DNA of 64,000 nucleotides, from NCBI RefSeq assembly GCF_964204645.1, contig NC_134031.1, positions 11,100,088-11,164,087 on the forward strand, read 5' to 3'. Below are positions 51,160-63,774 of this stretch, piece by piece (within the stretch, counting starts at the first letter, position 1; each line of letters begins with the position of its first letter). The notes beneath the pieces are model-generated. The model did no database searches. It was not told the origin of the DNA and worked only from the letters and a program-made list of their open reading frames with translations. The stretch is from Tubulanus polymorphus (lineage: Eukaryota; Animalia; Nemertea). The position numbers and the translations under genes are program-made.

Positions 51160-51330
51160 ATGACGTCATACCGGAAGTGACGTCATACCGGAAGTGACGT
51201 CATACCGGAAGTGACGTCATCCAAGATGGCGACCGGAAGTGACGTCATCCAAGATGGCGGCCGGAAGTGACGTCATCCAAGATGGCGGCCGGAAGTGGCG
51301 GTTGAATTTCAAATTTTTGGCGGGAAAATT
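51160..51330. promoter_or_regulatory. tandem CRE/ETS/YY1 array with an E2F site
   Basis: TGACGTCA, CCGGAAGT and CAAGATGGCG repeated; TTTGGCGGGAAA. Confidence 0.85.
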
Positions 51331-51681
51331 CAAAATTTTTCCGTTAAATCCAAATCAAATTATTGACAACAAATCCAAATCAATTTATTGGCGGTGTTAA
51401 ATCCAAATCAAATTTATTGGCGGTGTTCAATCCAAATTTATTTATTGGTATGATTGAATCCTAGATGGCGCTTACGCATTCCTATGCGTGTTTATGGGAA
51501 AAGTTGAATCCTAGATGGCGCTATTACGAGATCATATGTGTACGTGGAGGTGAGGGGGAAGTGAAGTTAAATCCTAGATGGCGCTTTTCCCTGAGTACGG
51601 GCAAATTCGAGACAAAGAAAACCAAAAATTAAAAAAACAATGTAAAACAATAAAAAAAAACATTTTATTCACCGTTAAAAT

Positions 51682-52242
51682 TTAGTTTAAACACGGTTTA
51701 AATCCAAATTCCTTGGCGCACGAGACGTGAATATAAGCGTCGCAGCAGTCTGTCTTTTGTTTAGTTATTTCCAAACATATTAAACACGTGTTGATGCCAC
51801 AAAATAAAGTTATGCAGTTATAACAAAAATTTTCTTCATACCCTTCACACGTTTTAAGTTCGCTTAAACAGGGCCAGCATATAGTTTTATCACAACAATG
51901 AAGCAAATCCTCTTGCGCGTGACAACGATAACAGTCTTTTTTCGCGATATGTTTGATAATCCTAAAATGTGCCATGCAATTCTCGATAGGACATTCGAAA
52001 TCATGTTGAACGCCTAACCATCGAGCGTTCACTAGCCAGCAATCTTCACAAATCGGTTTCCTGCAACACGTCGTTACTCGAAAACTACCGTATGTAATTG
52101 TCGTATTACAATATTTGCAAATCGCAAATCTGGTAGACCAGTCGATATCTTCAAAGTCGACATGATTTATTTCATGTTCCGTGGTAGTTGATTTTTTTTT
52201 TTTTAGGAAAATGTTTTCCACGGTAAAAAAATCGCCAGACAT
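51682..52242 (-). CDS. Cys-rich protein with three RING-like repeats
   Basis: CxxC..CC..ICxxC..CP pattern occurs three times; AATAAA downstream. Confidence 0.65.
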   Translation of the reverse strand: MSGDFFTVENIFLKKKKSTTTEHEINHVDFEDIDWSTRFAICKYCNTTITYGSFRVTTCCRKPICEDCWLVNARWLGVQHDFECPIENCMAHFRIIKHIAKKDCYRCHAQEDLLHCCDKTICWPCLSELKTCEGYEENFCYNCITLFCGINTCLICLEITKQKTDCCDAYIHVSCAKEFGFKPCLN

Positions 52243-52643
52243 TTTCGTAAGTCACGTCTCGTTTATGCGAGTGTAAACAAAGCGAGTGCGCAGTTAAATC
52301 CTAGATGGCGCTAGTCCGTAATCCTATACAGATGCGTGCGCATGCGTGCGTTTGTGTGTACGTGTGTAAGCGAGTGACGTCATCCTAGATGACGCCATGA
52401 TTATATAATCCTATGCGAGCGCGTGTATAGAGAGGGGAGCGGGGTTAAATCCAAGATGGCTTCTTTTGACGGCTATTGTGAAATCATAGACAAGTTTAGG
52501 CGAACATATTTCGTAACATGTAAAACCATAAAACGATTTCGGGTAAGTCATTTTCTGACAATAAAAACGCGTTGCAAATCCATAATTTAGTCATTCTGCT
52601 CAGAGACTTTGAACCGTCAACATCATAAAACATCATCGTAATA

Positions 52644-53471
52644 ATGGATTCGGCCAGCGGACAAAGTATTTTAGAAATATCTAATACACCAGTTAAAGCA
52701 AAGTCATCGCTTCAATCTAGAAAAAGAAAACACCCCTCGCTGAAACTCGACTTTAGTAAGTTTCTACTTATTTCCCGTATTCGAAACCGTCAAATATTAA
52801 AATATACGTATACTGATATATAATATTTTATTGTTCTTTTAGGTTCGATCGTTAATGACAACGCTGTCGCCGGCCCGTCGAAAAGTGCGAACTTGCGTAA
52901 CACCTGGAACAATGACCCCGAACCCCATTATCTGGGATCTCTTGTTTACGCGAGTGCGAAAACGTGGCAGGGGGTAAAACGTGTAGATTTACGGTCCTAC
53001 GAGTGCTGTGAACGAAGAAAACAACTGTATCCCACTAAAAACGGTATTTCGCTCGATCTCCAAGAGTGGGTGCATATAGATTTTTGTAAATCCGATATCG
53101 AACACGAAATTGCGCGCGTTAAAGAAGATATCGAATACGTGGGTGTAATGACTGTTGGTCGTACGAACTTTATCAAAATATATAGGTCTAGTCACGATCA
53201 TCGTATTTACGTAGATATCCGAAAATACGATCTATTCGATGAACCTCTCGGTGTTTCCCCGACTAGATGCGGTGTAAAACTAACATTGGAACAATGGAAA
53301 AAATTGAAAGACATTAATTTTAATGACGATATACCCGAACTAGCCAACATGACGCCCTGTTGGTATGATTCGAGTCACTCGAATCAGGAATACAGGTGTC
53401 CGTACTGCGCAAAAGACACTTCTGGAGTACGAAAAACACCTGAATACGGTGTAATGATCACCCAAGTATAA
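52644..53471 (+). CDS. spliced gene (52644-52755, 52843-53471), 246 aa, NLS plus two PC4/Sub1-like domains and a C-terminal CPYC
   Basis: GTAAGT..TTTTAG intron keeps the frame; VDLR..PTKNGISL..QEW and YVDIR..PTRCGVKLTLEQWKKL. Confidence 0.8.
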
Positions 53472-54344
53472 TTTCACAGATATTAATTAGATAATATTTA
53501 TATCGTAACCGAACAACAAAATATGTAAAATACATCAATTTATATACGTTAGTTTGCGTTAAACTCTTAGATAGAAATAAGTATCCGAAATGACTAATCC
53601 AGGACTTCATTAAGATCCGCTCTAACCAAAGAGGATTAACTAAAGTAGTGAGTTTCTATCTTTTATGAAATTTATGGTTTTTTCATGTATAGGTATATGA
53701 CCTATGTTTATCTACAATATTTATAAAAATATTTATGTTTTTTAGGACTAAATAAAACATTAATTGAATAAAAGATTTCATTTTTGACTCATTCTGAGTT
53801 ACGTTAATCTAGCATTTCGTTGCTATCCAGACCCATGATACCATATACCGACAAAGAAGGCAATTAATTGATTTAGATCAATACATGACCACGATTGGGG
53901 AAAATAGGTGTGAGCAAAACCAATTACCTAGACTAGTAGCAGATGGGTCGATAGTATCCAAACACCATTAATTATATGTGGAAGACGAAGGCAATTAAGT
54001 GATTTAGATCGGAGACACGTCCGAGATGGGAAATTATGTGTGAGGTTTCAAACCAATTACACTAGCAATAATTCGAACATTTTTAGTGCTCATAGCGCTG
54101 AGGTAATTAAATTGTTTAGAAAAAACCGAACAGATGGTCCTATATGCTGGGTGATATTAGACCCGAGTATCAAAAACAACGTTAATTATATGTGATAGAA
54201 TCCTCAAATACTTTGAGTAAACTGTTAGACTATGAGAATTAATCAACTAATTAGTCGTCTGACTTAGACCCATAAATAAGGGGGTAGTTTTAGGACAAAT
54301 CATTTCCAAGATGTCTGTTATTGGAGCACTAAAATAGTAGCCGA

Positions 54345-54661
54345 AATGTTACGTTCGAACTTTATCAAGATATATGGATCTAGTCACGATCACCGTATTA
54401 CGTAGATATCCGAAAATACGATCTACACGATGAGCTTTTCGACGTAAATCCGACTAGATGCGGCGTAAAACTAACATTGGAACAATGGAAAAAAATTGAA
54501 AGACATTAATTTTACAGAAGATATATCCGAACTGGCTAATATGAGACCGTGCTGGTACGATTCGAGTCACTCGAATCAGGAATACAGATGCCCGTACTGC
54601 GCAAAAGACACAAGCGGGGTTAGAAAGCACCTGAATACGGTATAATGATAACCCAAGTATA
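54345..54661 (+). pseudogene. diverged duplicate of the 3' half of the PC4 gene
   Basis: matches ~53155-53471 with frameshifts. Confidence 0.85.
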
Positions 54662-56384
54662 ATTAAAGTAATTTAAAACCGCTCTGACCAAAAGAGGATT
54701 AACTAAAGTAGTGAGTCTTTTACGAATTTTTATACGTAGCGACTCATTCGTCATCTACCGGATTGTATAAATAAAAGCCATAACCCGTGTATATGTATAA
54801 TATTTTTGGAAAAAAAAAAAATTATGTTTTTTAGATGAACGAGTAAATAATAAACTTGCAATGTATATAATATTTCATATCTGTCTCATTTTATTCGGAT
54901 TTACTCTATAATAATCAAGCATTTTGTCGTTGGCCAGACCCCTTGATACAAAATATCATCTATGAACGTAATTAAGTAATTGAGAAACAAATACCATTGA
55001 CCCATGGTTAGCATCTACCATCTAAAATATCTGGTCAGTACCCTCGATGATATGTGACGGAATATGCAGGATAAAAATTACGCAATTAAGTAATTGAGAA
55101 ACAAAAACCATTGACTCGTTGTTAGCATCTGCCGAATAAGTTATTTAGATCAGAGACACAACCGCGATTGGGGAAATTAAGTATGAGCAAACCAACTATA
55201 GTATATATTTGTTGGTTGTTTGTTGATTGACTGACGCGATTAAGCTGTTTGGAAAACCTAGACTAGTAACAGATGGTTTTCTACGGCGAGTTTATAGAAA
55301 TATAATTTAGAAACGACAAAATTCATATACATAATAGTTTATTATAGAAGCTTAAAATATTTCACGATAAATTTTTCTTTTACAAAATAATCATTATCAT
55401 TAGTTTTATTCGACAATAGTTTCGTAATATCGCGTACATCGTTACCGTGACATAGGTGCAATAGTACAAATATTGCGTAATAACAGAAATACATCGGATA
55501 ATACGTTTTGATACATCTTATTATTATATTTCCAATCTATACAATTTTCATCCAAGTATTTTTCTAACATTTATCACAAGTTCCGGTATGTTGCCCGAAC
55601 GAATCAAAAATAACCGATTCCGTAATCGTTTATTATACAGTTAGCCAATGTTCACCCGGTTCGTCGTAATTGTCAGTGTTTACTATAAAACCCAGCGGGA
55701 CGCTGGTTTATATCTGGTAGTCGATCGCATGGAAAAACGCCAAAGAAAGACGCTTTTAGATATTTCTCTAGTATAACTATTAACATATCGCAAGCGAATT
55801 TATTAACGTTACAATCTCATGGATGAATCGAAAAAAACGATTACTTTACTTTACTTTTGCTTTATTTGACAAACTCTTGGTCTTAATACAAAGACAATTC
55901 GAGTGATACAGTATACATAAAAATAAATACATTATATATAGGACGCACAGTAGATAGATACGTAATTACACATTGATTTTCATGTGAGCTATCAATTGAA
56001 AAGTTTCAAAATTCTTCCAACAAAAATACACAGTTTACGGAGTTCGGCTATATCTTTAGTTTGCATTAATAATTTTTATCTGAAAATGTTGGGGGTTCGT
56101 ATAAAATCTCCTGTCTAGGTATAACTCCCTTCTATCATTTAAATATATACAGTTGAAAAGGTAATGAAATTCGTCCCCAATTCCATTATTACACAATTTA
56201 CATATTCTTTCAGCACGCTCTACAGTATTCCATCGGCCAGTTTCTATTGGGAGCTTATGGTTTGCAGGACGGAATTTAGTTAAATAAATTATGAGGTTAA
56301 CTGAAAGATCAGATACTAGATGGTTACGGGGCTTGACTCAATTCCACGCGCTTGGACATGTTCTAATGTTATGTATTGTATACA

Positions 56385-57676
56385 AAGTGTTGACAAGCTC
56401 AATTTATACAGCATTGTAGCCCTCCGGCATTTTCAAAGTTTTAGATGATTTATCAATAGAAATACTCTTATAATGCGCATCCTAGTGCGTTAGTGTTTAA
56501 GTGATTTTAGTGTTTTAGTGTCGAATATGTAAAACCGCAGTTTATTAGATTTCGAGTTGTAAGCATTTCCCGATAACTTACATTGATTATAATGCAGAAT
56601 TCTTTATTTCCAGTTAACGAGGTTAAACAATTTTTCAGTTTTTAAAAAATATGGTTTGGACTTTTTTAATAGGAAAATACTAACAGGTTTGATGAAAAAA
56701 TAGAAAATGGGATTTCCGGTTTTATCATTTTTCAGTATATGGCGTTTTAGTAGGATGATGATTTTAAATTTTCAATAAACGCGGTATAACAATTTTTAGG
56801 TTTTTGAAAAATATGGTTCCAAAGTTTTGTATACACAAGAGATTTTAAACAACGAAACTACACACACATGTAACTAAATCACTTTAGTCTTTCCAAATAT
56901 AGAGAAATAACAGACAAAAATATGTATATGTATATACTTTATCTTTTTTTCGCATCGCTTTTTCTTTGTTACAAAATTCCCAATTTTTATAAACTTTTCT
57001 TAAATATTTATGTTTTTTAAACATATTTCCCCATACTTTTACATTGCAATATTATATCGAGATTTTCTACATTTCATGCATTTTACAGCTAGACCTTGTA
57101 AAGATTTGGTACATTAAATAACGCAGCAGGTAAACATTTCAATTGTATTACTTCGTTATGCGTAAATGTTTCGCGTCATCTTCCTACAATATGTGACTGC
57201 TATCGGCAGAAATATGGTAAATTAGGAATTAACATATCTTAAGTTAGCTTCACTTTTCTTAGCTACTCTTACAGAAACCAAGTATGGTTAAAAGTTCAAA
57301 CGATCTTCAAGCCGCATGAATCGATCAACAGTATGCCATTTACTGACCGTGACTCGTGGCTACATTCGTATATATGGTTATGGTCAAGAAAAAGAAATGA
57401 ACTAGTTTAAGTTGGAAAGCATAAAATGTTCTAGTACAAATATCTGGTTAGTTTGCTTAGTCTAAACCATACTTTCACTAACTTAAGAAATTGATGAACC
57501 TCATAAACTGAAAATTAAGTTTGAGGTACTAAAAGATACTAAAACGGTAAAATCACTTAAATACTAACACACTAGGATGCGCATTATAGGAATATTTCTA
57601 TTGATAAAACGGTGGACTCGCACACTTTGGACATACCGGGGACAACAGTGTAGTATAAATTGAGCTTGTCGACACT
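56385..57676. repeat. ~140-bp imperfect inverted repeats (56385-56522 / 57535-57676)
   Basis: ATAATGCGCATCCTAGTG vs CACTAGGATGCGCATTAT; GACAAGCTCAATTTATAC vs GTATAAATTGAGCTTGTC. Confidence 0.8.
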
Positions 57677-58230
57677 CTTTGTTCTACCACCCGGATGGTG
57701 GTGCTACTGAGATTTGTGCCCATATTCGCTATATGCATTTTTATCGTATCCCCTATGCACGACCGTTTCTTTTCTAAATATGGTAAATTAGGAATTTTTA
57801 TAGATTCTTGTTACCTCTATGTACCAATGTTTGGTTAGGGGAATTCCATTCTATTCCCGACAATCGCTCGATTTTCGTATTTGTCCCAGCCCATTTTCGC
57901 GCTTTTGACAAAAAAAAGTGAAACTACATTACAAGCGTGTGTAATCGAGAAATGTTTAAAACTTACAATCTAAACTTTGGTATAAATTTGGATGCTGTGA
58001 GACATTAAAACAATGACCATAAAGTTGCGCATAATAGGAATATTTCTACTGATAACTTGTGGGGTCTTTAAACTTTATAAAAACCTATATATTAAGCTTG
58101 CTTAAATAGAATTACTTCCAAAAGTGGTCGAACATGCGAATGCGTTAACGTTGATATGAAAACCAGAAAAACACGTCGGTGGCGTTTTAGATGACAACAA
58201 GTAGGGATATATTGTTTTACATTAAAAAGT

Positions 58231-58497
58231 AGTAATAGGGATAATGGGCTTTCAAGCCAAAGGTCGAACGGTCGAGCTCGTAAAAAATGAAAAACATAAA
58301 AATAATTACAATTTCTACTTGAATTACTCGCAAAACTCATAAAAATGAAAAATAAATTCTCACACGCTCGAATTTATTTTTCATTTTATGAGTTTCACTC
58401 CTAATTCAAGTAGAAATTGTAATTATTTTTATGTTTTTTCATTTTTACTCACCCGCCCGTTCAACCTTTAGCTTGAAAGCCCATTATCCCTATTACT
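58231..58497. repeat. terminal fold-back palindrome (267 bp)
   Basis: AGTAATAGGGATAATGGGCTTTCAAGC...GCTTGAAAGCCCATTATCCCTATTACT. Confidence 0.92.
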
Positions 58498-58577
58498 CTT
58501 AAAATATTCATATATATGAATAACATTTAAATCATTGAACTTCTAAAATCAATTTTAATAAAAAATTTAGTATTAAA

Positions 58578-61500
58578 ATGGAAGCAAATAAGTACTACTG
58601 CCCAACATGTAATATCAATATAGATAAATCCCAAAAAGCAAGACACAATAAAACTAAAACACATTTAGAGAATAAATTGAAACTAGAGTATAAAGATGAT
58701 ATATTAGAAACTAAATTAGAAGAATTAAAGAATGAAAAAGAAACATACAAATGTGATATATGTAATCAATCATTCAGTGATAAAAGATATTATAAAGAAC
58801 ATTTAAAATCTATAAGTCATATTAGAAATAAGAATAATGATATTTTAGGTGAAGATTATTTTGATAATGATAACGATAAGAAACAGAAGACAATTAAAAG
58901 AATAAAAAATAAATTAAACAATAAAAGACCATATATGGAAGATGTAAGAAATTATATTAATTCATTAGATAATAAAAAAGATATAGAGATAACCGAAGCA
59001 TTTAAAAGTGATATTGGCCCAGCAGCTATTGAGTTTAAATTTCATAAAGGAAAAACAATAGAAGAAAATAAAAAACATTTAGAAAATATGAAAGAAATAA
59101 TAAAAATAATTACAGATGTTGAATATCCTAAAATTAGTATATCAGTTAAAGTAAAGTTTATAAAATCTGAAGATAAACCAATATATAATATAAATTCTCA
59201 TTCACAACATATTATATCTAAACAACATATAGATGATAAATTAAATAAATGTTATAATGAAGTAAAAACTAAAATAGAAGAGAAATATTTTGAAGGATCT
59301 GGTTTAATATTTGATGAGATAATATTTATAACTTTACATGTTTATAACACAAAATATAATAAGTTAACTAAATCAAAACCAATTGATGAAAATAATTTAT
59401 CATATTATAAAGAACCTGATATTGAAGCATCGAGTTATATTAAACTACCATTTAAAACTAATGCTGTTATAAATGTACAAAATTTTGATGATAAATGTTT
59501 TCTATGGACAATTATAAGTTGCTTACACCCAGTTGAAGATTATAAACAACATAGTTTTAGATTAACTCATTATAAACAATTTGAAAATAATTATAAGATA
59601 GATAAGTATCCTGTTAGAATTAAAAATATTCCAAAAATAGAAAGAGATAATAATCTCAAAATAAATGTATTTGATTTAATCAAATTACCAAATACAAAAG
59701 GAAATAATATTAAACATTATACATTAGAACCTTTATACCTATCAAAAGATTATGATTCAAATGATGTTATAGATATACTATATTATGAGAATCATTATAT
59801 GTAGATTAAACAAATAGATTTATTTTTTAGAACAGAAAATGATCACCATAAAATATATCTTTGTAGAAAATGTTTACATAGATTCAGTAATGAAAGTACA
59901 TTATTAAATCATAAACAACTATGTGATAATCATGATTATTGTAAATTAGTTTTACCAAATGAAAAAGATAAAATATTAGAATTCAAAAAATATGATTACA
60001 AAAATAAAGTACCATTTGTAATATATGGAGATTTTGAATCATTAAATAAAGAACTAACTGATCAAGATAGAAAAGATATATATTATAAAAGAAAGAAATT
60101 AAATTCTAATGAAAATGATATAATTGATTATTCAGATCCTATAATAACAAATACTATTAAAAAGATCTATCAAAGTGCTGCAGCTTTCGGGTTATATATT
60201 AAATCTAATTATCCAGAACTAATTGAAAGTGAATATTATAATTACAGAAATGAAAATGTTATCAATCATTTTTGTGACTTATTAATTGAATATGAAATAA
60301 GATTTAGTAAATTATTGAATACAAATAAAGAAATAATTATGATAGAAGAAGATAAAGAAGAATTTGAGTTTGCAGATAAATGTTATTATTGTGAAAAGAT
60401 ATTTAATTATAAAGATAAAAAAGTAAGAGACCATGATCATTTGAATGGAAAGTTTAGAGGCGCGGCACATGAGAATTGTAATTTGCAAGCAAAGAAAATC
60501 AATTTTGTCCCCATTATATTTCATAATCTATCAGGATATGATGCACATTTATTCATCAAACAGTTATGTCATAAAATAGAAGAAATCAATAATGAAATAG
60601 AAATATTAAATTCAAATAGATCAAAAGATAAAATACCAACTTATAAATTTAGAATGTTAGCTAAAACATCTGAGAATTATATATCTTTCCAATTTGGATG
60701 CTTAAGATTTATAGATTCATATAGATTTTTAAATAGTTCATTAGATAACTTATCAAAATCATTAGTTGATGATGAATTAAAAATATTAAAACAACACTAT
60801 CCAAATAATGATGATTTTAAATTAATGAGATATAAAGGAGCAATTCCTTATTCATTTTATAAAACACACAATGATTTTAACATAACTGAATTATTGAAAG
60901 AACAATTTTATGATGAATTAAAAAATGAATATGTTAAAGATGAAGTCTATAATAGAACATTGAATATTTGGAATCATTTCAAAATAGAAAATCATGGGCA
61001 ATTAGTAGATTTATATTTAAAATCAGATGTATTATTATTAACTGATATATTCGAAAGGTTTAGAGATGTAAACCTAAAATATTTCAATATTGATCCTTGT
61101 CATTGTTATTCATCACCAGGATTAACATGGGATTGTGGATTAAAATTTACAGATATAAAAATGGATTTGTTAACAAATATAGATCAATTACTATTATTTG
61201 AAAAATCTATAAGAGGAGGTGTTTCAGGTGTATTGGGTGATAGATATTTCAATGTAAATGATAATCCTGGATATAAATTATTATACATAGATGCAAATAA
61301 TCTTTATGGTTGGGCAATGATGGAACCACAACCTTATGGGATGTTTGAAATAACTGAAGTTTTACAAATTGATAAATTTGATTGGAAGAAAAGAATTCTA
61401 GATATTGCAGATGATTCAGATACTGGTTACTTCTTCGTTGTAGATTTAGAATACCCCGAAAATATTAAATTCAAATCTAGAAATCTAGCATATTGTCCCG

Positions 61501-62615
61501 AACATAAAACTGTTAAACATGAAGAATTATCAAATTATCAAAAAAGAATTAAACCTGATAATCATATTCATACTGAAAAGTTAATGGTAACTCAAGAAGA
61601 TAAATATAATTACGTTGTGCATTATAGAATGTTGAAGTTTTATTTGAGACAAGGAATGATATTAAAAAAAGTACATAGATATATTTCATTCAGTCAATCT
61701 AAATGGTTAGAAAAATATATAGATTTTAATACTACACAGAGAACTAAATCTAAAACTGATTTCGAGAAAGATTTCTTCAAGTTAATGAATAATGCATTCT
61801 ATGGTAAGACTTGTGAAAATATTAGAAATAGAAATGATATTGAGTTAGTTAGTAATGGTAAAAGAATTAGACATTTACAATCATATCCTAAGTTTATAGG
61901 TAACAGAATATTTGATGAAAATTTAGCTGCAGTTAAGATGAGAAGAACAAGTATGAAATTTAACAAACCGATTTATGTTGGAGCTGCAGTTTTAGAGTTA
62001 TCAAAGCTATTGATGTATAATTTTTATTATAATGTTTTACAACCTCATTTTGGGGAAAAACACATAGAAATTCTATACTTTGATACTGACAGTTATATAT
62101 TAAAGATAAAAACTGATAACATAACAGATGATTTAAAAACATTAAAACATCATTTTGATTTCAGTAACTATCCTAAAAATCATGAATTGTTTACCAATGA
62201 TAATAAAAAAGTTCCCGGTAAATTCAAAGATGAATTAGGAGGTGAAGAAATGATTGAATTCATTGGTATTAGATCTAAAATGTATAGTTATAAAACTTAA
62301 ACTCATGAATCAAAGAAATTGAAAGGAATTACCAAAAGCGTTGTTGAAAAGAATATTCATTTCAAAGATTACATCAATTGTATATTTAATGAAGAAGTTA
62401 GAAAACATAAGATGAAATGTTTAAGATCTGAAGATCATGAAATGTATATTGAAGAGATAGAGAAGATAAGTCTAAACCCATTTGATGATAAAAGATATAT
62501 TTTAGATGATGGAATCCACACAGTTGCATATGGTTGCAATTTAGATGAATATATAAAATTCAAAAGAGAAGAAACAAAATAAAATGAGATTATGAAAAGG
62601 ATTCTAGCGTGTTAA
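58578..62615 (+). pseudogene. polB: protein-primed DNA polymerase B, intein-free, single frame with three premature stops (59802, 62298, 62580)
   Basis: zinc fingers, DKCFLW, RDHDHLNGKFRGAAH, FHNLSGYD, YIDANNLYGWAM, KLMNNAFYGKT, YFDTDSY. Confidence 0.95.
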
Positions 62616-62643
62616 TCAATTTCAATAAAAATTTGTATAATAA

Positions 62644-62985
62644 ATGGAGAGTAAACAAGTACACAGTGAATTCTTAGATAGAATTAAAGATACTTCAAGC
62701 GTCAAATCTGTAGATTATAAATTTAAAAAACTAACTGAGTTAACAATTCACAAGAAATATTTAATTACTAACATTGAAACAATTACTAATAAATATGGAG
62801 ATAAATTAGTAATTCATTTAGAATATGAAGGATTAAAAGGAAATAAATATAAATTCAGAACTTATTTACCAGATAGATTTCATAGATTATCAAGTGAAGA
62901 TCTAGAAGAATTATGTTCTGGAGATTTCTATTTCGTATACAAAGGTAAGAATGAAAAAGGTCACCATGAAATAGATTTCGAATAA
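62644..62985 (+). CDS. 113-aa protein, possible OB-fold ssDNA-binding protein
   Basis: intact ORF; FKKLTEL, NKYG, YLPDRF; follows pPolB. Confidence 0.6.
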   Translation: MESKQVHSEFLDRIKDTSSVKSVDYKFKKLTELTIHKKYLITNIETITNKYGDKLVIHLEYEGLKGNKYKFRTYLPDRFHRLSSEDLEELCSGDFYFVYKGKNEKGHHEIDFE

Positions 62986-63002
62986 GAAAATATGTAAAAT
63001 AA

Positions 63003-63758
63003 ATGGTAGAATTAAAAGAATACAGAATATTTGTAGATTCTAGAAGGCTTACAAATTATAAATCTCATAATTTACTAGTACAATTAGATAGAGAATTTAA
63101 GAATTGTGTTGATTTAAAATTAGTAAATATAAGTTTATGTAATTCTTTTTATAATATATCGGATAAAACTTTTGAACATAGAGGGTTTATGATTTATATG
63201 AGAAATAAAGATAAATGGTTTCATATATTTTTAAAACCAGGATTATATAATTTAGAATCATTAGCGCAGGAAATTAATAGAAGAGCTCGGTTGAAAATCG
63301 GGGGCACTTCTGTATTTGAAATTAGATTTAATAAAATTGATAGTACTAATAAAATAAGAATAAAGATATCTAATGAACAACATAAATTTATGGTAAACAA
63401 ACCACTGGCTAAAATGTTAGGAATTAAACCGCTTACAGTTACTGGAAACGCAGAAGGTAGCTCAAATATAATACCTTTTACACACTTTTATATTTATTGC
63501 AATTTAATCGAGCCTACAAAAACTTTCGAAGCAACTAAAGAAACAATTTGTAATTCAAGTATACTAAATATTTTACCGCTAAAAAATGTTAAACAATTTG
63601 GAACTCAAATAAATTATAATTTAACAGAATGTGATTTTAAACCATGCATTCATAAATTTAGTAATTTTAAATTAGAAATAAGAAATCATAATGGATACTT
63701 AATTGATTTAAATAACTTTCCTGTGATATATGAATTAGTTATAAGATGTAGAGAGTAA
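63003..63758 (+). CDS. minor capsid protein (penton), intact
   Basis: penton motifs as in 1515-2288. Confidence 0.8.
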   Translation: MVELKEYRIFVDSRRLTNYKSHNLLVQLDREFKNCVDLKLVNISLCNSFYNISDKTFEHRGFMIYMRNKDKWFHIFLKPGLYNLESLAQEINRRARLKIGGTSVFEIRFNKIDSTNKIRIKISNEQHKFMVNKPLAKMLGIKPLTVTGNAEGSSNIIPFTHFYIYCNLIEPTKTFEATKETICNSSILNILPLKNVKQFGTQINYNLTECDFKPCIHKFSNFKLEIRNHNGYLIDLNNFPVIYELVIRCRE

Positions 63759-63774
63759 TTTTTTCACTATATAA

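Larger units (their letters stand above)
51100..58227. mobile_element. truncated Polinton-like element, family C (terminus AGTAGTTAGGG; right boundary uncertain)
   Basis: AGT-repeat terminus, GGAG repeats, enhancer array, compact accessory genes; no core genes seen. Confidence 0.55.

Noticed and set aside
51160-51300. CRISPR-like array
   Set aside because: Head-to-tail TF-motif repeats without unique spacers; no cas genes; eukaryotic context
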